In this document: positions 18,702 to 27,796 of the stretch, in pieces
Layout: every line of letters begins with the position of its first letter
Numbering within the stretch: position 1 is the first letter of the stretch
Source of the DNA: a virus
IMG/VR virus record: IMGVR_UViG_3300028830_000283
Length of the DNA stretch: 64,000 nt
Direction: 5' to 3' (one strand)
Notes under the pieces: model-generated
Databases searched by the model: none
What the model was told of the DNA's origin: nothing
The model's input: only the letters and a program-made list of their open reading frames with translations
Program-made: the position numbers and the translations under genes

Positions 18702-19472
18702 TCAATCAAACCTCTTGCGAAAAGATTCCAAAGTTTTTTGTTTGTCCCAACCGGCAGCCGTCACGTCGCCGCCGCTTTTATGACAAAAAACGCTCGTCCC
18801 GTCCGGCTTTGAAACGCAGCGGTCGCAGGCGAGCAGATTGCCCGTATCGAACCGATCGTCCCGCTCTCCCGTATAAAATTCGCTGAGCGGAATTTGAAGT
18901 TCCCGGCAGGCATCGAGCACGTTTTCGCGTGTCCAGTCGAAAAGCGGCGCGGCGAAAAGACGCGCCGCGAAGATCGTTTTAGGGTGCATGCGAAAATTAT
19001 CGCCCATGGCAAAATGCGTGTCCGTCGATCGAAATCCGGTGATGACCGCATCGTAGGGAAAAGCCATCGCCGGCGTGCGCGGCGCGCCCGCGAGATCGAG
19101 CACGCAAGCGCGGCGATCGAAAACGATATCGCGAACGAACGGAAGAACGGCATCGCCGATCGAATAATCCGAAACGAGCGCGAGTTCCTCGCCGTCTTCT
19201 GAAGCCGGAACTAAAAAACGATCTGCCGGCGCGTAAACGTAAACTTTTAATTTCAGATCCTTGATGACGGAATCGGAAAACCGGATCTGTTCCTCGCGCC
19301 ATTCGTCACGAAACTGCACGATCGCCGTTTCGGGAGCGATTTTCTGCATGAGATAAACGAGCAGTGTCGAATCCGCGCCGCCCGACCAGAGCAGAACCGG
19401 CAGCGCCGCTTCAAGCACGATCGCCTGCAGAGCGGAACTTAATCGATCGAGTTTTTCTGACGGACCGGTCAT
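18702..19472 (-). CDS. PAPS-reductase/PP-loop family protein
   Basis: 'VLLWSGGADSTLL', 'VITGFRSTD', 'PLFDWT..V', C-terminal CxxC. Confidence 0.8.
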   Translation of the reverse strand: MTGPSEKLDRLSSALQAIVLEAALPVLLWSGGADSTLLVYLMQKIAPETAIVQFRDEWREEQIRFSDSVIKDLKLKVYVYAPADRFLVPASEDGEELALVSDYSIGDAVLPFVRDIVFDRRACVLDLAGAPRTPAMAFPYDAVITGFRSTDTHFAMGDNFRMHPKTIFAARLFAAPLFDWTRENVLDACRELQIPLSEFYTGERDDRFDTGNLLACDRCVSKPDGTSVFCHKSGGDVTAAGWDKQKTLESFRKRFD

Positions 19473-19476
19473 CTTT

Positions 19477-19920
19477 TTACATATAAGCCGCGCTTCCGAC
19501 CTGCGCGCCGCCGCTGATCAAACCGCTTAAAAATCCCATCGGATCGCTTTCCCGTGTTGTTCCGCCGGTCTGCACCATCCGCGGGCTGGTCAAACCGGCG
19601 ATCGCCAGCTGACGCTCGAAATCGGAACCGTCGGCGGCGAATTCCGCGCCTTGAATGGCGAGCGCTTCCTGTTGACCGAGCTCGTCGCGACCGGCTTGCA
19701 AAGTGGCATCGCGCATCGCCTGCGTGGTGTACGCGCCCATCGGATTGACAAACGATTTATCGAGATCGCGCCTCGCTCCTGCATATTGCCCGCGAATGAT
19801 CGGATTGATGCGTCCTTTCATGGCGGCAGCCGATTCGCGCAAATTTCTCGTGTCCTGCGTTTCCGGCGGAGTCATGTATCCGTAGGTGTTTTGCGTCGTT
19901 GTTTTTTTCGAACTTCCCAT
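19477..19920 (-). CDS. Putative small ejection/pilot protein
   Basis: MGSSKKTTTQNT N-terminus and Gly-rich C-terminus (GFLSGLISGGAQVG), typical of podophage ejection proteins. Confidence 0.6.
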   Translation of the reverse strand: MGSSKKTTTQNTYGYMTPPETQDTRNLRESAAAMKGRINPIIRGQYAGARRDLDKSFVNPMGAYTTQAMRDATLQAGRDELGQQEALAIQGAEFAADGSDFERQLAIAGLTSPRMVQTGGTTRESDPMGFLSGLISGGAQVGSAAYM

Positions 19921-19932
19921 CTTTTTGAAGTC

Positions 19933-20010
19933 ACAAGAAAAAGCCTGTTCGAACGGAAAAAGGCGTTAACCTTTTTCGATTCAAACAGGCTTTCGATAGC
20001 TCTTAAAAGC
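19933..20010 (-). terminator. Conserved leader + terminator, copy 3
   Basis: Minus strand TTTTAAGAGCTATCGAAAGCCTGTTTGAA..TTCGAACAGGCTTTTTCTT. Confidence 0.8.
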
Positions 20011-20040
20011 GCGTTTTTTGGATTGTTACGGGCGCGATTC

Positions 20041-20574
20041 TTAACCGGGTATCTCTCGCGTTGTTTTGATGATACTCGAAGCCGAACTTGTTTGGCAATT
20101 TATTTTCGTTAAAACGAACTGCTCCCAAAAAACGACCGCGCCGCGCACCTGACCGTAAATAATTTCGACGTTCGTTTTGCAAAAACCGACCGCCCGGCAA
20201 ATTCTTTTCAATGGGCGATTCTGCCTCGCGATGAAAACGTAAACGGCACGCGCGCCGCGCTCGAAAAGATGCGCGGCGACCCGTTCGAGCGATTCGATGA
20301 CGATCTCTTGCGGCGTCCCGCGCGGGCAATCGAAATGAGCTTCGAAGCAGTTCTCCGGCGCAGCGTCGAGCGAGATGACGGCGATCAGGCGGCGACGCTC
20401 GAAAACCCCGATGAAAAGTTTTTCCTCTTTTTCTGCCGAAGCCAGAAATTCCTCGCGCGATTCCTGCCAGATCGCGAAAAGCTCCTGCCAGGCGCGCGGC
20501 TTATCGAACTGCCACTCCCACGCTTCTTCGAGATAGCGTGCATCTTTTAAGGGTTCGAGAAATCTACAATTCAT
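20041..20574 (-). CDS. GNAT-fold protein (head-assembly acetyltransferase-like)
   Basis: Start moved to MNCRF; 'FEAHF', 'VFIARQNRPLKRICRAVGF' GNAT motif; position before ejection protein. Confidence 0.65.
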   Translation of the reverse strand: MNCRFLEPLKDARYLEEAWEWQFDKPRAWQELFAIWQESREEFLASAEKEEKLFIGVFERRRLIAVISLDAAPENCFEAHFDCPRGTPQEIVIESLERVAAHLFERGARAVYVFIARQNRPLKRICRAVGFCKTNVEIIYGQVRGAVVFWEQFVLTKINCQTSSASSIIKTTREIPG

Positions 20575-21250
20575 CTTCCATGATCGCTTTATTGTGACCG
20601 AGCACGAAAGCCGCGTCCGCTTCCGCGCGTTTCGATGTGGCGTAAACGAATCCGGTTTCGAGCGAAATCGCCATCGTCCAGCGCCAGCCGGCGTATTTGA
20701 TCGAAATGACCGGCTCGCGCTCGCTCCGTCTGCCGTCGCGCGAACAGACGTAAAACTTCTCGAATAAATCGCAGTCTTCGATTTTTTTGCAGCCTTCGGC
20801 ATCGCCGGAGGCGATTAAAGGATGACTCCACGACACGACCGTTTCGCCGCCGCCGGCGAAATTGACGCGCGCCGTCGGCTGCAGAATCATTTGCCGCCAT
20901 TTGACGCGGGCGAATTTGCCCGTCAAAGGATTGTAAAGATAATCGTCGAGGTTGATGATGCCGGCAATTTTGGCGATCGGGTTGCGGCGGCTTTTTCGAT
21001 CGAGCGCGAGCACGTACTGATCGAGCGCCGGGCAGCCGATCCGGTCGATGTGTCTCGAAGTGATCTGGATAAGATTGGAATTTACTGTCAGATTGCCGCC
21101 GCCCGTTCCGCCGGCACTGTCCGTACCGCCGGAACCGAAGCTGATGATCTCCGGCGCCGCCGCCATGAATTCGACATCGTAAGGATTTCCGCCGCTCGAA
21201 TAGCGGGCTTCGATAAAATCGGGGTTTTGTTCGAGATTATTGGTCGGCAT
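20564..21250 (-). CDS. Protein with C-terminal Hint (intein-like) domain
   Basis: C73 in 'GCPALDQYV', block B 'TVVSWSHPL', terminal 'VLGHN-K'; ~148-aa domain. Confidence 0.7.
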   Translation of the reverse strand: MPTNNLEQNPDFIEARYSSGGNPYDVEFMAAAPEIISFGSGGTDSAGGTGGGNLTVNSNLIQITSRHIDRIGCPALDQYVLALDRKSRRNPIAKIAGIINLDDYLYNPLTGKFARVKWRQMILQPTARVNFAGGGETVVSWSHPLIASGDAEGCKKIEDCDLFEKFYVCSRDGRRSEREPVISIKYAGWRWTMAISLETGFVYATSKRAEADAAFVLGHNKAIMEDEL

Positions 21251-21297
21251 TTATTTTTTAACCTGATTTCAGATTACCCAACTATAGTTAGGGCAAT

Positions 21298-23397
21298 TTA
21301 CTTTCGAAATCCTCCGAGCGACACTTCGACGACGATCTCGTCGATGCGGTCTTTCATTCCTTCGCCGTTCCATTTTCCTTCGACGCCCGGCGCGTAAAGC
21401 AGCAGCTCGCGGACGATCAGGTCATTGTTCCATGCGCCGACGGTGACATTCGAAGTGTCGGGGATCGGCAGCAAACCGGTAACGCTCGCGAGATTGCCGG
21501 TCTCGATTGCCGCGACGTCGATCTGCGTGTTCGAGCGCGAACCGAAAATGCCGTATGAAGCGTTCGTTGTTTTGCCGGTCACGCGGATGCCTTTGATGAC
21601 TTTGGCGCGCTGCTCTTCTCCATCGTCGGAAAAACTCCAGACAAGCTGCCACGGAACTTCTTCCGTTGAATTGCCGTCGCGCTCGTCGAACCGGTAAGTT
21701 CGAATTTCGACCTGTGAGGTTTCCGAGCTGTAACCGCCGCATAAAAATTCGAGATGATTGCCGACCGTCGCGCATCCGGAAACGATCATATCGCGCGTAT
21801 CCGAAGATAAAACGATCGGCGTTGACCAAAAATTTTGTTTGAGCAGAAACGGCAGAATGACGGTCGTCCAGTAACCAGACTGATTTTTATATGCTCCCGA
21901 GTAAAATACGCAGACGGCTTCGTTTTTTGGATCATAACCGCTCAAACGATGACCGCTGTTATAGGTGCGCAGAAATTCTTCGACATCGGCGCCGAAACTG
22001 TATTCGGTGACCGCTTCGTCCGCTTCGGACGCCGAACGGAAAAGACCGCCCGAGGTCGAGCCGAAAATTTCCTTCCCCACCATGATAAGGCTGAAAGGAT
22101 TCGCAAATCCGCGTTCCCAGTACGGGCGGATCGTCACGGGAAACTGCGGGTTGCCGGTAAAGCTCGCGAAATTCAGATGATTTTTCGTCATCAGGAAGAT
22201 GCGTCCGACGCCGGGCAAAAAGCCGATAATATCTTCGAGCGGCGAAACGGCAACCGGATTCGGACGTTTTAAGGGCGCGGCTTCGATGTTGTTCGGTTTC
22301 GCCGGGATGATGAACGGACCCGGCGACGTGCCGTCCGGCTTGGCGGAATTGCCTTTGCCCTGACAGGAAATGTAAACCGGATAGCCGACGAGCGCGGAAA
22401 CGAACTCGGCGTCCGACGGCGGAGTATTGTCGAACGAGACGAGCTGCGAGCGCGAAATCTCCGAATTGAGATATTCGAGATCGTAGTTTCCGCCCGCCGG
22501 CGAAACGTCCGAATCTGTCAGCAGCGCGACCTCGTACCACGGACCTTCGACCGGCGAGAGCGACGTGCTCGATTCAAAAAGAGTGCCGAAGACCGACCAT
22601 GCATTTTGACCTTCCGACGCGTCCATTGCCGGAAAAGAGATTTCCGGTTTTTGTCCGGCAGTCAAATTAAAAGCGATCGGATCGGACGGATTGCCGAAAC
22701 CTCCCGTCTGTTTGCGCGCTTTCGCGACGCGGAACGATCTCGCGCCGGCTGTCATGCCTCGAGTGCCGCCGGCGACGCCCGCCGCCGTGATGCCCGTCGG
22801 TTTGCTGAAACCGAGATCGTAGATCGTAAAAGTTTCGGTCACGGCATCGAACAGCGCGATCTGCGCCTTTCTTTTCAATGTCAGACTGCCGCCGGTTAAA
22901 GGCAGACCGTTGATCCGCACTTCACCGTCTCCGACGCCGATAATCGATCCCTGCTCCGTATTGAGAAGACTTCCGCGAATGAACGTCGCCCGCCGTGCGT
23001 CGAGATTCTGCAGAACCGGCATCAAATAAGCATAAACGTTGGCGGCACTCGCCGACGGCGCGCGGTAAACTCGGAAATGCAGATCGTCGAGAATCTCTTC
23101 AACGACGAGCAATTCCGAACCTGCATAAATGAATTGTCCCTGGCGAATCTCGTCCCGAAAAAAAGTCGTATTTCCCTCGATCACCGGATCGCCTTCATCG
23201 AAGGAAATTTTTCCGCTGATCTGCTTGACGGGAATGTTTTCGTTCAGGTCGAGCGATCCGGCATAACATTCGGCGTAGAAAAGCGGCGCGTTGCCGCGGA
23301 TCCACATATTTTTGCCGCGAAAAAGAGCCGCGCGATTGGCGTCGCCGGTGCGCGGCGATGATGGAATAAACGGATTCGGTTTGAAAACTCTTTTCAC
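21298..23397 (-). CDS. Putative tail nozzle/tubular protein B-like (699 aa)
   Basis: Beta-rich; size and position after adaptor genes; no tape measure gene in window. Confidence 0.55.
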   Translation of the reverse strand: MKRVFKPNPFIPSSPRTGDANRAALFRGKNMWIRGNAPLFYAECYAGSLDLNENIPVKQISGKISFDEGDPVIEGNTTFFRDEIRQGQFIYAGSELLVVEEILDDLHFRVYRAPSASAANVYAYLMPVLQNLDARRATFIRGSLLNTEQGSIIGVGDGEVRINGLPLTGGSLTLKRKAQIALFDAVTETFTIYDLGFSKPTGITAAGVAGGTRGMTAGARSFRVAKARKQTGGFGNPSDPIAFNLTAGQKPEISFPAMDASEGQNAWSVFGTLFESSTSLSPVEGPWYEVALLTDSDVSPAGGNYDLEYLNSEISRSQLVSFDNTPPSDAEFVSALVGYPVYISCQGKGNSAKPDGTSPGPFIIPAKPNNIEAAPLKRPNPVAVSPLEDIIGFLPGVGRIFLMTKNHLNFASFTGNPQFPVTIRPYWERGFANPFSLIMVGKEIFGSTSGGLFRSASEADEAVTEYSFGADVEEFLRTYNSGHRLSGYDPKNEAVCVFYSGAYKNQSGYWTTVILPFLLKQNFWSTPIVLSSDTRDMIVSGCATVGNHLEFLCGGYSSETSQVEIRTYRFDERDGNSTEEVPWQLVWSFSDDGEEQRAKVIKGIRVTGKTTNASYGIFGSRSNTQIDVAAIETGNLASVTGLLPIPDTSNVTVGAWNNDLIVRELLLYAPGVEGKWNGEGMKDRIDEIVVEVSLGGFRK

Positions 23398-23405
23398 TTG
23401 TTACG

Positions 23406-24002
23406 CTATTTGTCTTTTTCTTCTTCGCCCAAATTCTGATACGGCGCTTCGCCGCGCATCGCTCTTGCCAGCTCGACGACGAGCTCGCGCGTCATGCCGT
23501 CTTCGATATTGATCTGCGCCGTCGGATTCGACGAAATCAGCGGCATTTCGTAGTAATAAAAATTAAATGCGCCGGCGGTCGGCTGCGCCGTTTCGCCCGG
23601 AATGTTTTGGGCGAGAATTTTTCCGTCCTTGATCGTGTACGATCCGATGCCGCTGCCTGCGAACGGGTCGTTTACGAAATCGGCATAATCCGCAAAATAA
23701 GTGACGCCGGAGATTTCCGCGCTCGTATTCGCATCCGTCCCGAAAAGTTCCGTTTCGTCGAAAAATTCCGGAATAATGCGCGCCGGCAGATTAGCCTGAC
23801 CGTTCACGAAGTTGAGCGTCGAGGATTTACGCAGAAACTTCAGGCGCGCCGGTTCCGAGCGGCGCGCGTCGAGAATGATCTTTCTGAGAACGACCGGCAA
23901 AAGAATTTCGAGAGCCGGAGCCGGAATGGTTCGCGCCGCGCCGCCGGTGTTGACGACGAGTTCCTCCGCCTGAAGCAAAATCTGCTGCAAAGTAGATGCC
24001 AT
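23406..24002 (-). CDS. Putative head-tail adaptor-like protein
   Basis: Helix-beta-helix layout ('LNFVNGQANLP', 'FYYYEMP..I..GMTRELVV'); position. Confidence 0.5.
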   Translation of the reverse strand: MASTLQQILLQAEELVVNTGGAARTIPAPALEILLPVVLRKIILDARRSEPARLKFLRKSSTLNFVNGQANLPARIIPEFFDETELFGTDANTSAEISGVTYFADYADFVNDPFAGSGIGSYTIKDGKILAQNIPGETAQPTAGAFNFYYYEMPLISSNPTAQINIEDGMTRELVVELARAMRGEAPYQNLGEEEKDK

Positions 24003-24703
24003 CAGATCAATCCTCCCTGAGCGATCGTTTCGAGACCGGATTTAAAATACTCGAGATAATTTTTGACGTTTTCCGGAGCTTCGGAATTTTCGAATAAATA
24101 CGAGATTTCTCCGCACACGTATAATTCTTCGAGCACTTCCGGCAGCAACACTTCCTGGTTAGCCGCGATTGCCACCGCCTGGACGGATCTACTGTATTTG
24201 CAGACTTCCATTTTCACGCTCGGTCGCGTATGCACGATCATCGCGCCGTCGAATGCGTAATAATAATAGTTCTGAAAAAGAACGCCGGCGGTCGTTAAAC
24301 GGTTGATGCGCTCGATTTCGGCGATCTGGTCGTCAACCTGCGGTCGGGTGAGCAGAACATTGTCGCTTGCGTCGTAAATCGCGCCGGGAACACCGACGAT
24401 ATCGACCGCGCCCGTGTCCTGTGCCGGAAGTACGGCGCGCGTCGCCAGCGGATCGGAAACCGAACGCAAATAAACCCGGTAAGGGTGATTTTCGATCGAC
24501 GCGATTGTCTGCACGATCTTTTCTTCGGCGAGCAGCAACGCGTCTTTCTGCACGGAAAACGGAAAAACCGCGTTATCGACCGCGCCGGGACCGAAAGCCG
24601 AAAAATTCGATTCGACCGCTGCTGAACTCGAACCCGAAATCGATCCGCCTTCGCCGGTGCGCGCCGCCGCGTTCGCTAAGATTTTGAAATAAGTCAGACT
24701 CAT
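24002..24703 (-). CDS. Putative head-tail adaptor-like protein
   Basis: 'VLLPEVLEELYVCG' C-terminal adaptor-like motif; position. Confidence 0.5.
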   Translation of the reverse strand: MSLTYFKILANAAARTGEGGSISGSSSAAVESNFSAFGPGAVDNAVFPFSVQKDALLLAEEKIVQTIASIENHPYRVYLRSVSDPLATRAVLPAQDTGAVDIVGVPGAIYDASDNVLLTRPQVDDQIAEIERINRLTTAGVLFQNYYYYAFDGAMIVHTRPSVKMEVCKYSRSVQAVAIAANQEVLLPEVLEELYVCGEISYLFENSEAPENVKNYLEYFKSGLETIAQGGLI

Positions 24704-24704
24704 T

Positions 24705-25451
24705 TTACTCGTCCCAAGCCTTCAAAAATGTAATGCCGTCGTGCGTCATCTCTTTGATGTAGCGCTTGAAAGCCGGCAGATAGCGCGTCTCCATTTCATC
24801 GAGAAAGGAACGGATTTCCTTGCGTTTTTCCATCGTTTCCTTTTTATCGGCGTCAGACCATTCGGACATGTAAAGCACGTCTTTGGCGCTTCGGACTTCG
24901 AAAAGATGATGATGATTCGAGAGAACCGGCGAAGCCCCGATATTCGCCGAATCAGCCCAGTTGCCGATCGTGAATTTGAGCCTGTAAGTCGCCGGTGCGA
25001 GCGGCGCCGGCATAAACCGTAAAGTCGGCACTCCGGCTTTGTCGTAAAATAAAGTGACGCGCTCCGCCGTATGATTGCCGCCCGTGTAAAACGGATTCCA
25101 GCCGGCGTAATTGTTCGGCAGAAACCAATCGAATTTGACGTTTTGCTCGTCGAAAAACGGAATGACGCGCTCGATCGCCGCGTCATCGGTCGAAAACGTC
25201 GTCAAAAGAAACGGTTTGCCGAACGTTCCCTGTGCCTGCGTCGGGATCGGATAACAATCGTTTCCGAGATCGACGTCGATGTCCGCTTCGTCGAGCGACC
25301 ATGCTTCGTCGGTATTCGAGAGCTCGTTATACATATCCTGAAAATTCCGCACGAGCGCCGCATAAATTTCATGCAGCGACGGCTTCTGCGTCTTCGGTTT
25401 TGCGAGTAAAAGCCGCACTCGCGCGGCTGATTCCAGGATATTTCGACTCAT
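24705..25451 (-). CDS. Putative head-tail adaptor/tail tubular protein A-like
   Basis: 'YPIP', 'LRFMPAPLAPATYRL', 'PVLSNHHHLFEV..A'. Confidence 0.55.
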   Translation of the reverse strand: MSRNILESAARVRLLLAKPKTQKPSLHEIYAALVRNFQDMYNELSNTDEAWSLDEADIDVDLGNDCYPIPTQAQGTFGKPFLLTTFSTDDAAIERVIPFFDEQNVKFDWFLPNNYAGWNPFYTGGNHTAERVTLFYDKAGVPTLRFMPAPLAPATYRLKFTIGNWADSANIGASPVLSNHHHLFEVRSAKDVLYMSEWSDADKKETMEKRKEIRSFLDEMETRYLPAFKRYIKEMTHDGITFLKAWDE

Positions 25452-26545
25452 TATTTTTTCTTCTCTTCAGGTTTCGCCGCTTTAGCATCGGGTTTCGGAG
25501 AGAGCTGTTCGGAGATTTGCACGCCGTTTGCGATCAGTTTTTCCAGGAATTCAGTGTTCGCCTTGGCGGTTTCCGCCATCGAAGCCGCCGCCGCCGCCAT
25601 CGCTTCGGCACTCTGGCTCGACACCGGCGCGGTCACGACGACCGGAGAATCGTTTTGCGCGAGCAGATTTTCGCGTTTCATTTCGAGCTGTTCGAGCAGC
25701 AGCTCGCCGACTTGCGAATATCTGTGAACGTAACCGCCCTGCTGGTTGACGCCGGCGCGAATGCGCGTGCCTTCGATTTGCAGGTAAGACACGCCCCAGA
25801 GCCGGAACGCGTCGCACGATGCCAGCATCTCTTTGCAGACCGATTCCATCGTTTCGTCCGATTTATATTTATCGTAGGCGAGACTGATGATCTCGACGAG
25901 ACCTCTTAAGGTCGCCGGCAATCGTTCCTTGCCCGACAAAATTTCCGTCCAGTTCGGAAATATCCGGCGCTGAATTTCGTTGAGAGCCGCTTTCGTTTCG
26001 GGCAGCTTGTATTCTTTGCCCTGCAGAGCGGTGATTTCCGTGTAGCCTTTGCCCGATCCTTCGCGCGCGCCGAAAACGATCGATTCCAATTGATCGCCGG
26101 GATAAGATTTGACGTACTGCACGCGCGCCGACGAGCGTTCGCCGTTCGCGAACGCGACGCCTTCGAAAACCTCGACCTCGCGATTCTTGATTTTTTCATC
26201 GACGGGAAGCGGTCGCGGTCGCAATGTGACCGGCGTGATGCGCGCGCGGAACAGCGCGAATTTCGAGAGCGCGAGCGCCGGGTATTCCGTTCCGAAATAT
26301 TCGCCGCCGAGAACCGCAAAATCCTTGCGCGCCGCCAAAATGCGCGGCTCCATCAATTGTCCGGGAAAAAAGATGTAGCGGTCAGCGGTGCGCTGCACGC
26401 CGTCGAGCGTTCTGAATTCGAGATCGTCGTCGAAATCGTTGATGTCCGCCGCCGCCGCTTCAGCTTTTGCGTTTCGCGCTTCGATCTCCCGCGCGTGAGC
26501 GTCGAGTAGATCCATATCGTTTTGAAATTCTTCGTTATTTAACAT
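25451..26545 (-). CDS. Hypothetical protein (364 aa)
   Basis: Long ORF with AGGAG RBS in structural operon. Confidence 0.75.
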   Translation of the reverse strand: MLNNEEFQNDMDLLDAHAREIEARNAKAEAAAADINDFDDDLEFRTLDGVQRTADRYIFFPGQLMEPRILAARKDFAVLGGEYFGTEYPALALSKFALFRARITPVTLRPRPLPVDEKIKNREVEVFEGVAFANGERSSARVQYVKSYPGDQLESIVFGAREGSGKGYTEITALQGKEYKLPETKAALNEIQRRIFPNWTEILSGKERLPATLRGLVEIISLAYDKYKSDETMESVCKEMLASCDAFRLWGVSYLQIEGTRIRAGVNQQGGYVHRYSQVGELLLEQLEMKRENLLAQNDSPVVVTAPVSSQSAEAMAAAAASMAETAKANTEFLEKLIANGVQISEQLSPKPDAKAAKPEEKKK

Positions 26546-26565
26546 TGGTTTCTCCTTTTAACTGT

Positions 26566-27390
26566 TTACGGCAGAATAATTCCGCCCGGCGTGCGTTTCT
26601 CGCCCGCGGAGGCGCTCGGCAGCGAGTAAGCGACCGGCGCCGCGATGATCGAAGCGAACTCTCTTCGATCGTCATCCTCCTTGATCAACTTTTTCTCGTA
26701 ATCTTCGCGCTCTCTTGCTTCCGTATCGGCAAGGATCGACTGCATGACGTGTTCGTCGAACGGCTGGTACGGATTGCGGCGATTCTTCAGACGCGTGAGC
26801 TTTCCCGTCAGGCGCGCGAAATAATCGAGATCGACCTGCGCCGGCAGTCGATAGATGCCGAAACATTCTTCGCCCGACGCTTGTGCGCGAACGCAGCAGG
26901 CATCGCCCGGATCGTGCATCGCCACCGTGTAGCAAAATCTGTAATAACCGTCTTTCGGCGGCTCGGGGCGCAGCGGAACTTTACGGTTCAGTTTCGGATC
27001 GTACTGCCACCGGTTGCGTTCCCAGGCGGCATAATATTGCTCGGGATGAATGAATTCTTCGAAAATAAATCGCGGCGGCGGAATATCGACCGTATCGCCT
27101 TTGCCGATCTCGACGGTTCGATAAATGTATTTGGCTCGCAGCTCCGACTTGAGCGGTTTGCCTTCGATGTCCCAATCGGTGAAAAAAAGCGAGAAAGCGC
27201 GCGCCGTGTCCCATGCCCAAACGACACGGACGATCGAAAAACCTTCGCGCGTTTTCCCGCACACGAGGTCTAATTTTTTCTGAAACGCGTCGAGATCGAA
27301 ATCCGGCTGGCGCATTACTTCGTTTTCCGCCCAAAAACGCGGATCGTCGATTTTGCGTGATTTGTCGAGCGTTTGTATATGATTAGACAT
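26566..27390 (-). CDS. Hypothetical protein (274 aa)
   Basis: Long ORF, operon packing. Confidence 0.75.
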   Translation of the reverse strand: MSNHIQTLDKSRKIDDPRFWAENEVMRQPDFDLDAFQKKLDLVCGKTREGFSIVRVVWAWDTARAFSLFFTDWDIEGKPLKSELRAKYIYRTVEIGKGDTVDIPPPRFIFEEFIHPEQYYAAWERNRWQYDPKLNRKVPLRPEPPKDGYYRFCYTVAMHDPGDACCVRAQASGEECFGIYRLPAQVDLDYFARLTGKLTRLKNRRNPYQPFDEHVMQSILADTEAREREDYEKKLIKEDDDRREFASIIAAPVAYSLPSASAGEKRTPGGIILP

Positions 27391-27422
27391 AATTTGAGAA
27401 ATAAAAAAATCCGCTCGCCGAA

Positions 27423-27701
27423 TTAACCTTCGACGAGTCCGATGAAATAAGTTCCGCCGCGCACGGCAGTTGCCGCCGGCGCGAAAGTAACCGTCCGGTT
27501 GTTGTTATTGATCGTCGCTTCGATCGGACCGCTGCCGATAATTCCGGCGCACGATTTGATCTCGTTCATCGTATAAACGACGTTCGCGGCGGTCGTATCG
27601 GCGGCAGCTACCGTCACTTTGACCCATTCGATTCTCTGCTGCGAAGTCCGCACTCCGGCGCCTCTTTGAAAACCCGGCGCCTGCACTGCTGATAAAGCCA
27701 T
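27423..27701 (-). CDS. Putative capsid decoration protein
   Basis: Start moved to MALSAVQ (GAGGAG RBS); small beta-rich protein directly after MCP. Confidence 0.5.
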   Translation of the reverse strand: MALSAVQAPGFQRGAGVRTSQQRIEWVKVTVAAADTTAANVVYTMNEIKSCAGIIGSGPIEATINNNNRTVTFAPAATAVRGGTYFIGLVEG

Positions 27702-27796
27702 ATCGAAAATCTCCTCGACCTGAATCGGTCTGTTTTTTTTTGAAAGAGATGAGAGATAAAAATCCCTCATCTCTTTTCATCCATCGATCGGAACGT

